Of a stretch of 64,000 nucleotides of DNA, positions 48,887 to 58,700 are shown piece by piece. Position 1 is the stretch's first letter; each line of letters begins with the position of its first letter. The translations under genes and the position numbers were made by a program. This DNA is from Planctomycetota bacterium (lineage in GTDB: Bacteria > Planctomycetota > UBA1135 > UBA2386), in NCBI GenBank assembly GCA_965228735.1, contig OZ245838.1, positions 2,976,001-3,040,000 of the forward strand, given 5' to 3'. A model generated the notes under the pieces. It did no database searches and was not told where the DNA came from. It saw nothing but the letters and a program-made list of their open reading frames with translations.

Positions 48887-50053
48887 ATGCAAGGTGTTTA
48901 CGCGATCATTGGCGCGATCGTCCTGGCCGCCCCGGTGACGGCCGGCCAACAGGCACCGGACGCTGACGGGTCCGCCGGCGCCGCGGGCGCGACGATCGAA
49001 TGGCAGAGCGGCGAACTGACCAAGAGCCTCGCCCGCGCCGAACTCGCGGGGCAGCCGCTGCTGCTCTACTTCTGGATGGATGGCAGCCAGCACTGCCAGA
49101 ACCTCTGGGGCCAGACCCTGACCCAGCCCGCGGCGGTGACCGCGCTCCAGCAGTTCGTGTGCCACAGCGCCGACGTCGCGACGCCGGCCGGCAGCAAGCT
49201 CGTGCAACGGTTCGGCATCAAGACGCTGCCGAGTCTGCTCGTCGTCACGGCGAACGGCGCGGTCGATGACGCGATGCTCGGCTTCGTGCCGCTGGCCGCG
49301 TTCTTGAGCGAGGCGCAGCGCATCACGAACGGCACGGGCACCGTCACCGCGCTGCGGGCCGCCGTCGACGCCGCACCCGACGATCTCGACCGCCGCTTCG
49401 CGCTCGGCCAGAAGCTCGAGTTCGTCGGCGACGAGGCGGCCGGCGACGCGATGTTCCAGTCGATTCGCGCGGCCGACCCCGAGGGCCGCACGACACCGGG
49501 CGCCGAACTGCTGTTGTTCGACATCCGCAATCAGATCCTCGACCGCGCGTCGGATCGGAACGACCCGGCGACGTGGGACCTCGCGCCGCTCTACCGTCGA
49601 CTGCGGCAGACGAAGCAACCAACGGTGCTGTGGAAGGGCTGGAGCTTCCTCTCGCGGATCGAAGGCGAACGCGGCGCGCCGCGCGAACAGGTCGCGGCCT
49701 ACGCCGCGGCGTGGCCGCACGCGCCCGCGGTCGAACGCGACGAATGGGGCTCGAACGTCGTCGAGAACCTCTGGAGCCGCCGCGACACGGTGCGCGCCGC
49801 CGGTCGCAAGCTGGCGCGCGAGATCGCGCGCACGCTCGCCGCACACGCGGACGCGCCGGCCGCTGATCCGGCGGGCAACGGCAGAAAGCCGCCCACGGCC
49901 GAGCAACGCGCGTTTTTCCTCGCGTCCGCGGCGCGCGGCATGGCCCTCGGCGGGCGGCGACGGGCCGCCCTCGACCTCGTCGCCAAAGCTCGCGAACTCA
50001 CGCCCGACGACGCGGCCCTCGAACAGCTGCAGCAGCAGATCGAGCGCCGCTGA
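48887..50053 (+). CDS. Secreted thioredoxin-like (SxxC) + helical/TPR protein, paralog 2
   Basis: Signal peptide; QPLLLYFWMDGSQHCQNLW, FGIKTLPSLLV; shares G.GTV..LR, L..K and WDL.PLY blocks with 44836..46026. Confidence 0.78.
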   Translation: MQGVYAIIGAIVLAAPVTAGQQAPDADGSAGAAGATIEWQSGELTKSLARAELAGQPLLLYFWMDGSQHCQNLWGQTLTQPAAVTALQQFVCHSADVATPAGSKLVQRFGIKTLPSLLVVTANGAVDDAMLGFVPLAAFLSEAQRITNGTGTVTALRAAVDAAPDDLDRRFALGQKLEFVGDEAAGDAMFQSIRAADPEGRTTPGAELLLFDIRNQILDRASDRNDPATWDLAPLYRRLRQTKQPTVLWKGWSFLSRIEGERGAPREQVAAYAAAWPHAPAVERDEWGSNVVENLWSRRDTVRAAGRKLAREIARTLAAHADAPAADPAGNGRKPPTAEQRAFFLASAARGMALGGRRRAALDLVAKARELTPDDAALEQLQQQIERR

Positions 50054-50059
50054 CCGCCG

Positions 50060-51199
50060 TCAGCGCAGCCCGGCGTAGGCCGTCGCCGGCACGACGCAGA
50101 ACTCGATGCGGCGGTAGCCGTCCGCCTCGTAGAGGCACCCGAGACCGCCGCCGCCGGGCATCGCCACGAGGCACGAGTAGGCGCTGCCCCCGGGATGCAG
50201 CACGTGCTGCCACGGCCAGGTCTGGCCGCCGTCCGTGCTGAGGCGCAGCGTCATGACCTCGCGCTTCTTGCCGTGCGCCGGGTTGCTGAACGCGATCAGG
50301 CCCGGCTCAGCGCCCTCGGCCCAGCGTACGCGCCGCAGACTCGCCTGACACGTCGGCTCGACGAGCGCGGGATCGTGCCGTTGGTCACGCCACGTCACGC
50401 CACCGTCGAAGCTCACGCAGACCTGGCGTCGTGACTGCGCACGGTCGTAGTTCCGCATGTTGAGCAGCAGGCTGCCGTCCGCGCGTTCGACGACCTCGCA
50501 CTCGTTGACCTGATCCTGCGGCGACGAGCCACCGCGCCGCCACGTCACGCCGTGATCGTCCGAGTAGATCACGTGCGAGTAGTACCGCTTCGTCGCCGCC
50601 TCGATGTGGTCGCACGGGATCACGAGCCGGCCCGCGTGCGCCCCGCGTTCGAGCTGGATCCCGGCACCCGGGCCCGTCGCGTACCACGTCCAGTCCGGCA
50701 GTTTGGTCGGGTCCGTGATCTCGCGCGGCGGCGCGAACGTGCGCCCGTCGTCGGAGCTGCGCAGCAGCCACACCGTGCGCGTTCCCTCCGAGGTGCCGCG
50801 GATGATCTCGGACTCGTGATCGTGGCCGAGATTGTGCGTCGCGAGCAGCAGCACGTCGCCGGTCGTGCGATCGACCACGGGGCACGGATTGCCGCAGGTG
50901 TTGGGCCCGTCGTCCCACACGACCGACACGGCGGACCACGTGCGCCCACCGTCGGTCGAACGCCGCATCAGCAGATCGATGTTGCCGGCATCGCCGCGGC
51001 CTTGGACCCGGCCCTCGGCGAACGCGAGCAGGTCACCGTTCTTGGCAGCGATGATCGATGGGATGCGATAGGTGTGGTAGCCGCCTTCGCCGCTGACGAA
51101 GACGTCGGTTCGCTGCATCGGCAGCGGCCCGGACTGGGCCGCGAGACCGGCGACGAGCAGGGACGACCAGACGAGGCTCGAGTCGAGGGCACGGCGCAT
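50060..51199 (-). CDS. Sialidase (GH33, BNR/Asp-box)
   Basis: YRIP motif; Asp boxes STDGGRTW, SDDGRTF, SDDHGVTW, SFDGGVTW, STDGGQTW; SAYSCL, LYE. Confidence 0.92.
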   Translation of the reverse strand: MRRALDSSLVWSSLLVAGLAAQSGPLPMQRTDVFVSGEGGYHTYRIPSIIAAKNGDLLAFAEGRVQGRGDAGNIDLLMRRSTDGGRTWSAVSVVWDDGPNTCGNPCPVVDRTTGDVLLLATHNLGHDHESEIIRGTSEGTRTVWLLRSSDDGRTFAPPREITDPTKLPDWTWYATGPGAGIQLERGAHAGRLVIPCDHIEAATKRYYSHVIYSDDHGVTWRRGGSSPQDQVNECEVVERADGSLLLNMRNYDRAQSRRQVCVSFDGGVTWRDQRHDPALVEPTCQASLRRVRWAEGAEPGLIAFSNPAHGKKREVMTLRLSTDGGQTWPWQHVLHPGGSAYSCLVAMPGGGGLGCLYEADGYRRIEFCVVPATAYAGLR

Positions 51200-51218
51200 G
51201 CCGTGATCGTCGGCCTCG

Positions 51219-52055
51219 TCAGTCGCCGCCGCAACCACCGCCGCAACCGCCACCGCCGCCGCAGCCGCTGTCGCCGCCCGCGTCGTCGAATCCGTCCGCA
51301 TCGTCGAAGTCGTGCGTCTTGCGGTCGGTGCCGCCCCCATCGACGAAGAACGCGCCGGCCCGAGCGGTGTCGTCGCCCCGCCCAGCGCGTTCGCGCCGCA
51401 CCTGCTCACGGTCACCGCCGTGCCGAACGGCGCCACGCCAGACCTGCGAAACCATCAACAGCAGGAGGGCGATGAGACCGACGGCGACGGCCGTCGCGAG
51501 CAGGCTGTCGGTCGACGTCGTGTCGCCGGCGCACGCCGCGAAGAGCAGGAACACGGCCATGGTCATGCCGCCGGCGACCACGCCGCGCGACACGACAACA
51601 TGCTGCCCGAGCTCGACTCGGCGATAGCGGGCGTAGAAGCGTTGGTCTGCCGACGGCCAGATGTCACGCGGTGGCGGCGTCCCGAACTCGCGCTCGTAGC
51701 TCGCCAGCGTGTTCTCGTACCACTCCCGATACTTCCGCGACTCCGCCGCGCCGCCCGCCGTCGGACCGTGATGCAGCGGCCGGCCGAGCACTTCCCCGCA
51801 CATCTCGTCCCAGTACGACCGCGTGTAGGTCAGGTGCAGATGCCAGCACTGATCCACCTCGTCGGACGGCGTCACCGGGTGACCGGCCGTCATCGCGAGA
51901 TAGACGAAGCGCTTGTACTCGCGCTCGACGCGCTCGGCGAACGCCAGCGACCAGCCGTTCTCGCGCGCCACGCGCTGCGTGAACGTGAGGGCCGCATCGG
52001 TTGGTCCGATCGAGAAGCGTTCGAGACGAGCGCGGAGCGTGGGCTGCGGGATCAT
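51219..52055 (-). CDS. Glycine-rich-domain (GRDP/DUF1399-like) membrane protein with TIGR04222-like Gly/Cys tail
   Basis: EYKRFVYL..PSDEVDQCWHLHLTYTRSYW, HHGPT, YENTLASY; two TMs; tail GGDSGCGGGGGCGGGCGGD. Confidence 0.8.
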   Translation of the reverse strand: MIPQPTLRARLERFSIGPTDAALTFTQRVARENGWSLAFAERVEREYKRFVYLAMTAGHPVTPSDEVDQCWHLHLTYTRSYWDEMCGEVLGRPLHHGPTAGGAAESRKYREWYENTLASYEREFGTPPPRDIWPSADQRFYARYRRVELGQHVVVSRGVVAGGMTMAVFLLFAACAGDTTSTDSLLATAVAVGLIALLLLMVSQVWRGAVRHGGDREQVRRERAGRGDDTARAGAFFVDGGGTDRKTHDFDDADGFDDAGGDSGCGGGGGCGGGCGGD

Positions 52056-52256
52056 GTCTTCCTCCTCCAGGGTGTCGGGGGATGCGCGCGGTCAGCCAAA
52101 CCGCGGCGTGGGCAAAGCGTAGTGGCCGGGCCCCGCGCCGCGACCGTCACCGAAAGCACCAAGTCCGTATCGATACGGTAGTTGCGGACGGGGGTCGGAG
52201 ACCGCATTTGACGGGGATCGCTTGCCGCGACCGCAAGGATCCGTATGCCGTGCAGC

Positions 52257-53603
52257 ATGGCAGGTTCCCGCAAACGTCTCGCGCTGCATTGGTGGATCCT
52301 GATCGCGATGGTCGGCGGCGTGCTCGCCGGCCTGCTCGCGGTCTTCGCCGGCGGCGAGAGCGGCGCGGAGTTCGTGACCGCCTGGATCAAACCGGTCGGC
52401 ACGATCTTCCTCAACCTGCTGCGCATGATCGCGGTGCCGCTCGTGCTGTTCTCGCTCGTCGCCGGCGTCGCGAGCCTCAACGACATGAGCAAGATGGCGC
52501 GCATCGGCGGCAAGACGATCGCGCTCTACCTCGGCACGACGGCGATCGCGATCACGATCGGCTTGCTCGCGGTCAACGTCATCCAGCCCGGCAGCGGCAT
52601 GTCGGTCGAGGCCAAGGAGTCCCTGCTGTCCGGGCTCACGCAGAAGTTCGGCGACGAGGCCCAGGCCCGGGTCGAGGCGATGCAGGAGGTCAGCATCGTC
52701 GATCAGATCGTCGGCATCGTGCCGCAGAACCCGTTCCACTCGCTCGCGAACACGGAGATGCTGCAGATCGTGTTCTTCGCGCTGATGCTCGGCATCGGCC
52801 TGACGCGACTCGGCAAGAAGGGCGCCCACGTCACGGCCGTCTTCCAGACGCTGTCCGACGCGATCATCGAGATGGTGCACATCATCATGAAGATCGCGCC
52901 AATCGGCGTGTTCGCGCTGATGTGCTCGGTCATCGCGCAGTTCGGTGAGGACAGCGAGAAGCTCGGCGAACTGCTGACCGCACTCGTCTCCTACATGGGC
53001 ACCGTCGTCCTCGGGCTCGCTCTGCACCTCGTGCTGGTCTACGGGCTGCTGCTCAAGTTCATCGCGAAGGTGCCGTTCCGCGCGTTCATGAAGGCGCTCG
53101 CCCCGGCCCAGCTGCTCGCGTTCTCGAGCAGCTCGTCCGCGGCCACGCTGCCGCTCACGCTCGAACGCGTCGAGAAGCACGTCGGCGTCGAGGAGGAGGT
53201 CTCGAGCTTCGTCCTGCCGCTCGGCGCGACGATCAACATGGACGGCACGGGGCTCTACCAGGGCGTCGCGGCCGTGTTCATCGCGACGATCTGCAACATC
53301 GACCTCACCCTCGGCGATCAGCTGACGATCGTGCTCACCGCGTCGCTCGCGTCGATCGGCACGGCTGCAGTCCCGGGGGTCGGCCTGATCATGCTCACGA
53401 TCGTGCTGGTGCAGATCAACGTGCCGCCGACGGCCATCGCACTGATCCTCGGGGTCGACCGCCCGCTCGACATGCTGCGAACGGTGCTCAACGTGACGGG
53501 CGATGCGACGGTGGCAACGACCGTTGGCGCCTCGGAGGGGCTCATCGATCGCGACGTGCTCGCGGGCAAGGCCCCACCGCCACCATCACAACCAGCAGCC
53601 TGA
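52257..53603 (+). CDS. Dicarboxylate/amino acid:cation symporter (DAACS, GltP/GltT-like)
   Basis: GTIFLNLLRMIAVPLV, AFSSSSSAATLP, LGATINMDGT, SIGTAAVPG, DRPLDMLRTVLNVTGD. Confidence 0.95.
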   Translation: MAGSRKRLALHWWILIAMVGGVLAGLLAVFAGGESGAEFVTAWIKPVGTIFLNLLRMIAVPLVLFSLVAGVASLNDMSKMARIGGKTIALYLGTTAIAITIGLLAVNVIQPGSGMSVEAKESLLSGLTQKFGDEAQARVEAMQEVSIVDQIVGIVPQNPFHSLANTEMLQIVFFALMLGIGLTRLGKKGAHVTAVFQTLSDAIIEMVHIIMKIAPIGVFALMCSVIAQFGEDSEKLGELLTALVSYMGTVVLGLALHLVLVYGLLLKFIAKVPFRAFMKALAPAQLLAFSSSSSAATLPLTLERVEKHVGVEEEVSSFVLPLGATINMDGTGLYQGVAAVFIATICNIDLTLGDQLTIVLTASLASIGTAAVPGVGLIMLTIVLVQINVPPTAIALILGVDRPLDMLRTVLNVTGDATVATTVGASEGLIDRDVLAGKAPPPPSQPAA

Positions 53604-53652
53604 CGAGCCGGCGGTTGACGCGGTTCTTCGAGCCGCGCATCGTCCTGGCCGC

Positions 53653-55365
53653 ATGCCCCCCGCCGCCGACAGCCACCGCAGCCCTGACGGTGATACAGCC
53701 ACGAGCGCGCCGCGTTGGCTCGATCGCGCGGTCGTCGGCCTCGGCCTCGGCTACCTCGTCATCGCGTTCTGGGTCATGCTCGATGCCGCGCCCAGGGTGC
53801 CGTACGCGGACACCTATCGCTTCCTCGCGACGTTCCTCGAGCAGCCGTTCCCGGCCGATGTCCTGCAGCCGGACAACGGTCATCGCGAGGTGGTCACCAA
53901 CACGATTCGGGTGCTCGAACTCGAATTGCTCGACGCCAACCAGTGGCTGCAGATCAGCGTCGGGTTCGGGCTCCTCGCCGTCCTCGGGTGCGCGCTCGCG
54001 ATGCTGCGCACGGCGCCGCGAGCCAGCCGCCCGGCTGCGGCCGGCCTGCTGATGCTCGGGCTGTTCTGGCTCGGCAACTGGCGCAAGCTCGCACATGGCA
54101 GCGAGGTCATGCACCTGACGTTCGTGTTCCTCGGTCTCGTGCTCGGTCTGCGCGCGCTCATGACGGGGACCACGCGCGGCGCGATCGCGGCGGCCGGGCT
54201 CGGCCTCCTGGCGACGCTCTCGTTCGGCAGCGGCCCGGCGTGCTTCGCCGCGTTCTTCGTCACGTTGCTCGTCCAGCGGGCCCCGCGATCGCACTGGCTC
54301 TGGGTCGCGTTCGGCGCGCTGCTCGCAGCGGCGGCCCTCTTCGGGGCGCGCGAATCGGGCACCGCCAGCGTCGTGTTCGCGCCGTTCGAACAGCTCGCCA
54401 ACCTGATGCACCTGCTCGGCGCACCGTTCGTCTGGGTGTTCTCGCCGCTGCTCGACGCCGAGCACGCCGCCCGCCTGCCGGGGCCGCTCGCGCCGATCGC
54501 CGGACTCGTGGCGCAGCCCCTCGAGGCCGCGACCGGACCACACCTGCAAGCCCGCTGGCCCGCGGTCGGCTTCGGCGCGCTCGGCCTCGGCGCCCTGCTC
54601 TGGCATTCCGGAACGACGATTCGCGCCGCTGGCACGAGCACGCGCGCCGAGCGGTTCGCCCTCGGGCTCATGTGGTTCGGCGTGACGGTGCCCGCGCTGA
54701 TCGCCCTCGTTCGGGTCGGCTACTTCCGCGTGCACCCCGAGCAGCTCACGACCCAGCGCTATCTGCCGTGGGTCATGATCTTCTGGATCGGCTGCGCGTG
54801 GCGCATCGTGATACGGCCCACGGCGTCGCCCCGACGCATCGGCTGGTTCGCGCTCGCGATCCTGCTCGTCTTCGCGCCGAGCCAGGTCTGGAACTGTCGC
54901 AACGCCTATCGCCAGTACGAAGTCGCCGACGCGACCGCCGCCGCAGCAGCGGTCGGCGTACTCGATCGCGAGTTCGACCTCACCGAGACCGAGCCGAAGG
55001 ACCTGGCGCGCGCGCTGCCGCTGCTGCGCCAGCACGGCACGGCGATGTTCGCGTGGCCGGAGACGGCCCTGCTCGGCACCAGGCCGGACGTCGAATCGGA
55101 GCCCGCCCGGAACGTGCGCATCACGCCAGTCGCCAACGCCTTCTCGGATCCGACGATCACCGGCAAGGCGATCGGCGACCCGTACTTCACCGGTCCGGGC
55201 TGCGGCGTGACGTTCGCGTTCGACGGTTCGGCCGCGCGCCTCCTGCTCCTGGACGCGACGGGGACCGTCCGCGGCCTCGCCGTGCCGGCGGGCCAGAACT
55301 GGCGAGGCTGGTGGCGCGGCGCGGCACCGCCGAACGGCACGCTGCTCGTCGCCGACCAGGAGTGA
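53653..55365 (+). CDS. Polytopic membrane protein, possibly GT-C-fold glycosyltransferase-like
   Basis: About 11 hydrophobic segments; first-loop PYAD..DNGHR and late TQRY motifs. Confidence 0.55.
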   Translation: MPPAADSHRSPDGDTATSAPRWLDRAVVGLGLGYLVIAFWVMLDAAPRVPYADTYRFLATFLEQPFPADVLQPDNGHREVVTNTIRVLELELLDANQWLQISVGFGLLAVLGCALAMLRTAPRASRPAAAGLLMLGLFWLGNWRKLAHGSEVMHLTFVFLGLVLGLRALMTGTTRGAIAAAGLGLLATLSFGSGPACFAAFFVTLLVQRAPRSHWLWVAFGALLAAAALFGARESGTASVVFAPFEQLANLMHLLGAPFVWVFSPLLDAEHAARLPGPLAPIAGLVAQPLEAATGPHLQARWPAVGFGALGLGALLWHSGTTIRAAGTSTRAERFALGLMWFGVTVPALIALVRVGYFRVHPEQLTTQRYLPWVMIFWIGCAWRIVIRPTASPRRIGWFALAILLVFAPSQVWNCRNAYRQYEVADATAAAAAVGVLDREFDLTETEPKDLARALPLLRQHGTAMFAWPETALLGTRPDVESEPARNVRITPVANAFSDPTITGKAIGDPYFTGPGCGVTFAFDGSAARLLLLDATGTVRGLAVPAGQNWRGWWRGAAPPNGTLLVADQE

Positions 55366-55436
55366 GACGATGCACCTCGATCGATTCGGGACCACCGGCT
55401 TGCTTATCATTGCGGTATCGGTTAACTATTGCCAGA

Positions 55437-55925
55437 ATGAGCACGCATCCGCACACCACCAAACCCACCCCACCCGGCTGGCCCCGGATCTCCCCCGCCC
55501 TGTTCTACGACGACGCCGCGGCCGCGATCGACTGGCTGTGCGACGTCTTCGGCTTCGAGGTCATCCTCAAGGTCGAAGGGGAAGGCGGCCGGATCGAACA
55601 CTCCGAACTCGGGTTCGGCGACGGCCTCGTGATGGTGAGCAGCCCGGGCGGCTCGTCGGGCCGCGAGACGCCGATGCCCGGACGGAGCCCGCGGGCCGTC
55701 GACGGCGCCAACACGCAGTGCCTCGCGATCTACGTCGACGACGTCGAGGCCCACTGCGAACTCGCCCGGAAAGGCGGCGCGAAGATCATGGACGAGCCCA
55801 CGACCTCGGACTACGGCGAGGACTACTGGTCGGACCGTAGCTATCGCGCGGAGGACCCGGAAGGACACCAGTGGTGGTTCATGCAGCGACTGCGCACCGG
55901 CGGCGGGGCGACGGGTGGCAAGTAG
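55437..55925 (+). CDS. VOC/glyoxalase (PhnB-like) protein
   Basis: ISPALFYDDAAAAIDWLCDVFGF, HSELGFG, IYVDDVEAH, EDPEGHQWWF. Confidence 0.9.
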   Translation: MSTHPHTTKPTPPGWPRISPALFYDDAAAAIDWLCDVFGFEVILKVEGEGGRIEHSELGFGDGLVMVSSPGGSSGRETPMPGRSPRAVDGANTQCLAIYVDDVEAHCELARKGGAKIMDEPTTSDYGEDYWSDRSYRAEDPEGHQWWFMQRLRTGGGATGGK

Positions 55926-56250
55926 CGTCGACGACGCGTTCACCGCGCTCGCGGATCCGACGCGCCGTCGGGTCGTCCGTCTGCTCGCGAAGAAGCCGCG
56001 GCGGTCGAGCGACCTCGCCGACGCGCTCGAGCTCAGCCGCCCCGCGACGAGCAAGCATCTGCGGGTCCTGCGGCGCGCGGGGATCGTGCACGAACGGATC
56101 TCCGAGGCCGACGCGCGCGAACGGATCTACGACGTCGATCCGAAGCGGCTCGCGCCCGTGCGCACGTGGGTCGAACAGGTCGAGGCGTTCTGGAACGAGC
56201 AGCTCACGGCGTTCGCCGAGCACGTCTCGCGCCGGAGGCGCGGCCGATGA
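55915..56250 (+). CDS. ArsR/SmtB-family transcriptional regulator
   Basis: FTALADPTRRRVV, SRPATSKHLRVL, RERIY, FWNEQL. Confidence 0.9.
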   Translation: MASSVDDAFTALADPTRRRVVRLLAKKPRRSSDLADALELSRPATSKHLRVLRRAGIVHERISEADARERIYDVDPKRLAPVRTWVEQVEAFWNEQLTAFAEHVSRRRRGR

Positions 56251-56798
56251 CCCGCAGCGACGGGAGTTCGCCACCCGGCGACCGCGCGCGCGCGACCGTC
56301 CACGTCCGCATCTCGCCAGCCGAGGCGTTCGAGGTCTTCACGGCCGAGATCGACCAATGGTGGCGGCGCGGACCGAAGTACCGCGCGAGCGGCCGCACGG
56401 TCGAGGAGGACCGCGGCGTGCTGCGGCTCGAACCCGAGGTCGGCGGCCGGCTATTCGAGTCGATCGACGGTCCGACCGGGGTCCGCGTCGTTCAGACCGG
56501 CACCGTCCGGGTGTGGGAACCGCCGAGCGCGCCAGAGCCGGCCGGCACGCCGGCCGGGCGCCTGGTGCTCGATTGGCGCGGCCTCAACTTCGCGCCCAGC
56601 GAACGCACCGAGGTCGAAGTCACGTTCACGGCCCGCGCGGGCGGCACCGAGGTCGTCGTCACGCATCGTGGTTGGAGTCAGATCCCGCCCGATCATCCGG
56701 TTCGCCACGGCCAGGACACCGTCGCGTTCCTCCGCATGATGGGCCTGCTGTGGGGCGATCTGCTCCGGTCGCTGCGCGAGCACGCGCACCGCGCCTGA
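56247..56798 (+). CDS. SRPBCC/AHSA1-domain protein
   Basis: AFEVFTAEIDQWW, LEPEVGGRLFE, VWEPP, TEVEVTF, THRGW; ATGA overlap with ArsR. Confidence 0.88.
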   Translation: MTRSDGSSPPGDRARATVHVRISPAEAFEVFTAEIDQWWRRGPKYRASGRTVEEDRGVLRLEPEVGGRLFESIDGPTGVRVVQTGTVRVWEPPSAPEPAGTPAGRLVLDWRGLNFAPSERTEVEVTFTARAGGTEVVVTHRGWSQIPPDHPVRHGQDTVAFLRMMGLLWGDLLRSLREHAHRA

Positions 56799-56845
56799 AC
56801 CGCGGCGCTACTTCTTCGCGGCCTTCTTCCTCGCGGCCGACCGGC

Positions 56846-57187
56846 TCACGTTGGCCCGGGCAGCTTGCTCGCGACGAGCTCGTAGCTGAGCTCGACGAGG
56901 TCGCGCAGCTCGGCGTCACCCGACAACGCGCTCTCCGCGACGCTGATCCAGCCGTAACGCCCGACGTACTTCGCGACCTCGATACCGGGTCGCGTGATCA
57001 GGATCGCCTGGCGTTCGAGGCCGACCTTCACCCCCATCGTGCCGCCTCCGGCTTCGACGTGGGCGCCGGCGAAGATCTTGCCGCGCACATAGAAGTGCGG
57101 CTCGCCGCCGAGCCGCGTCGACTCCTCGGTGTCCGGGAGCGCGAGCGCGACCTTGCGCACGCGCGTCAACAGGTCCTGTTTCGGCAT
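56846..57187 (-). CDS. MmcQ/YjbR-family protein
   Basis: ALALPDTEE, PHFYVRGKIFA, YVGRYGWISV, LVELSYELVA. Confidence 0.85.
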   Translation of the reverse strand: MPKQDLLTRVRKVALALPDTEESTRLGGEPHFYVRGKIFAGAHVEAGGGTMGVKVGLERQAILITRPGIEVAKYVGRYGWISVAESALSGDAELRDLVELSYELVASKLPGPT

Positions 57188-57214
57188 CGTTCCTCCGTTG
57201 GGCAACCGCTCTCC

Positions 57215-58045
57215 TCAGAGCTTGGCGCCGCAGTGATAGCAGTGCACCGCGGCGTCGCGGTGGTCTTCCGTCGAACAGCTCGGGCAAGACCGGGTCGACG
57301 TCGCGTCGCGCTGACTGCGCACGAGCTCCGACGACACGATCCCGGTCGGCACCGCGATCACCGCGTAACCCATGAGCATGACGCCCGACGCGACGGCCTG
57401 GCCGATACCGCTCTGGGGCGAGATGTCGCCGTAGCCCACGGTCGTGAGTGTGACGATCGCCCAGTAGATCGACCGCGGAATGCTGTCGAATCCCGACTCG
57501 CGGCCCTCGATCACGTACATCAGCGTGCCGATCACGACGACGGTGCAGAAGATCGACAGCAGGAAGACGACGATCTTGGGCGTGCTCTTCCGCAGCGCCA
57601 GACGCAGCGTCCGCGCTTCGCCGAGGAACTGCACGAGCTTGAGCACGCGGAACACGCGGACGAGCCGGATGACGCGCACCGTCCCGAGCTGGTGACCACC
57701 GGCGAAGACGAGCGCGGCGTAGGCCGGCAGCACCGCGACGAAGTCGATGATCCCGTAGAAGCTCGTGGCGTAAGCGAGCGGTCGGCGCACGCAGTACAGC
57801 CGCACCATGTACTCGACCGTGAAGATCGCGGTGAAGCCCCATTCGAGGCGCGTCAGCAGCGGCCCCCAGGCCTCGCGGTAGTCGTCCACCGTCTCGACGC
57901 AGATCGCGACCACGCTCGCGACGATGAGCACGAGCAGCGCGATATCGAATGCGCGGCCGGCCGGCGTCTCGGCCTCGAACACGATCGCGTGCAGCTTCGC
58001 GCGCAGCCCTCGCCGCCTGGAGTCGTCCGCCGCACGGTCGGTCAT
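57215..58045 (-). CDS. Voltage-gated-type potassium channel (ion transporter)
   Basis: FTVEYMVR, S4-like RVIRLVRVFRVLKL, selectivity filter TTVGYGD. Confidence 0.93.
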   Translation of the reverse strand: MTDRAADDSRRRGLRAKLHAIVFEAETPAGRAFDIALLVLIVASVVAICVETVDDYREAWGPLLTRLEWGFTAIFTVEYMVRLYCVRRPLAYATSFYGIIDFVAVLPAYAALVFAGGHQLGTVRVIRLVRVFRVLKLVQFLGEARTLRLALRKSTPKIVVFLLSIFCTVVVIGTLMYVIEGRESGFDSIPRSIYWAIVTLTTVGYGDISPQSGIGQAVASGVMLMGYAVIAVPTGIVSSELVRSQRDATSTRSCPSCSTEDHRDAAVHCYHCGAKL

Positions 58046-58151
58046 GCCAGCGCCGAGCAGAGCGCAGGAGCGCCCGCGAGGCAAGTTCTGGCGCTGGCAA
58101 CAGTTCCTGCGGACGATCGGCCACCTCACGGTCACGCCCGCCGCCCCCACC

Positions 58152-58700
58152 ATGGAATCCACCACGACGCTCTCGCCCGAGCCCGCACCCGGCGACGCCC
58201 CCGACGTGTCGGGCAGCCCGACGGAGTTTCGCCTGCACCCGCGCGCGGCGGCCGTGTGGACGACGATCACGGCGGTGGTGATCGCGGTCCCGGTCACGGG
58301 CGGGACGATCGCGACGCTGATCCTCGGGCTCTACTGGGTGCCGCCGCTCATCTTCGGCCTCGGCGGACTGATCCTGTGGCTCGTGAGCCGCTACTACCGC
58401 CGCTACGTCGCGGCGCTGCGCTGCGAACTGTCCCGGCGCGGCCTGCTCGTCGTGCGCGGCGTCTGGTGGCGGACGGAGATCTTCGTGCCGCGTGAGCGGG
58501 TTCAGCACACGGACATCGACCAGGGGCCGGTCGCGCGCCGCTGCGGCATGGCGACGCTCAAGGTGTTCACGGCCGGCAGCGAGCACAGCCAGATCCAGGT
58601 CGACTCGCTGAGCCACGATGATGCGAGCTTCGTGCGCGACGACCTGATCGAGCCCGAGCACCGACCGTCGCGTGAGACGACGCCAACCGCCGATGCGTGA
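58152..58700 (+). CDS. bPH_2-domain membrane protein (YdbS-like)
   Basis: Two TMs then RGVWWRTEIFVPRERVQHTDIDQGP..GMATLKVFTAG. Confidence 0.85.
   Translation: MESTTTLSPEPAPGDAPDVSGSPTEFRLHPRAAAVWTTITAVVIAVPVTGGTIATLILGLYWVPPLIFGLGGLILWLVSRYYRRYVAALRCELSRRGLLVVRGVWWRTEIFVPRERVQHTDIDQGPVARRCGMATLKVFTAGSEHSQIQVDSLSHDDASFVRDDLIEPEHRPSRETTPTADA

Noticed and set aside
55400..55436. AT-rich patch upstream of the VOC-ArsR-SRPBCC operon
   Set aside because: Probably the promoter/operator, but no unambiguous -35/-10 pair or dyad could be assigned
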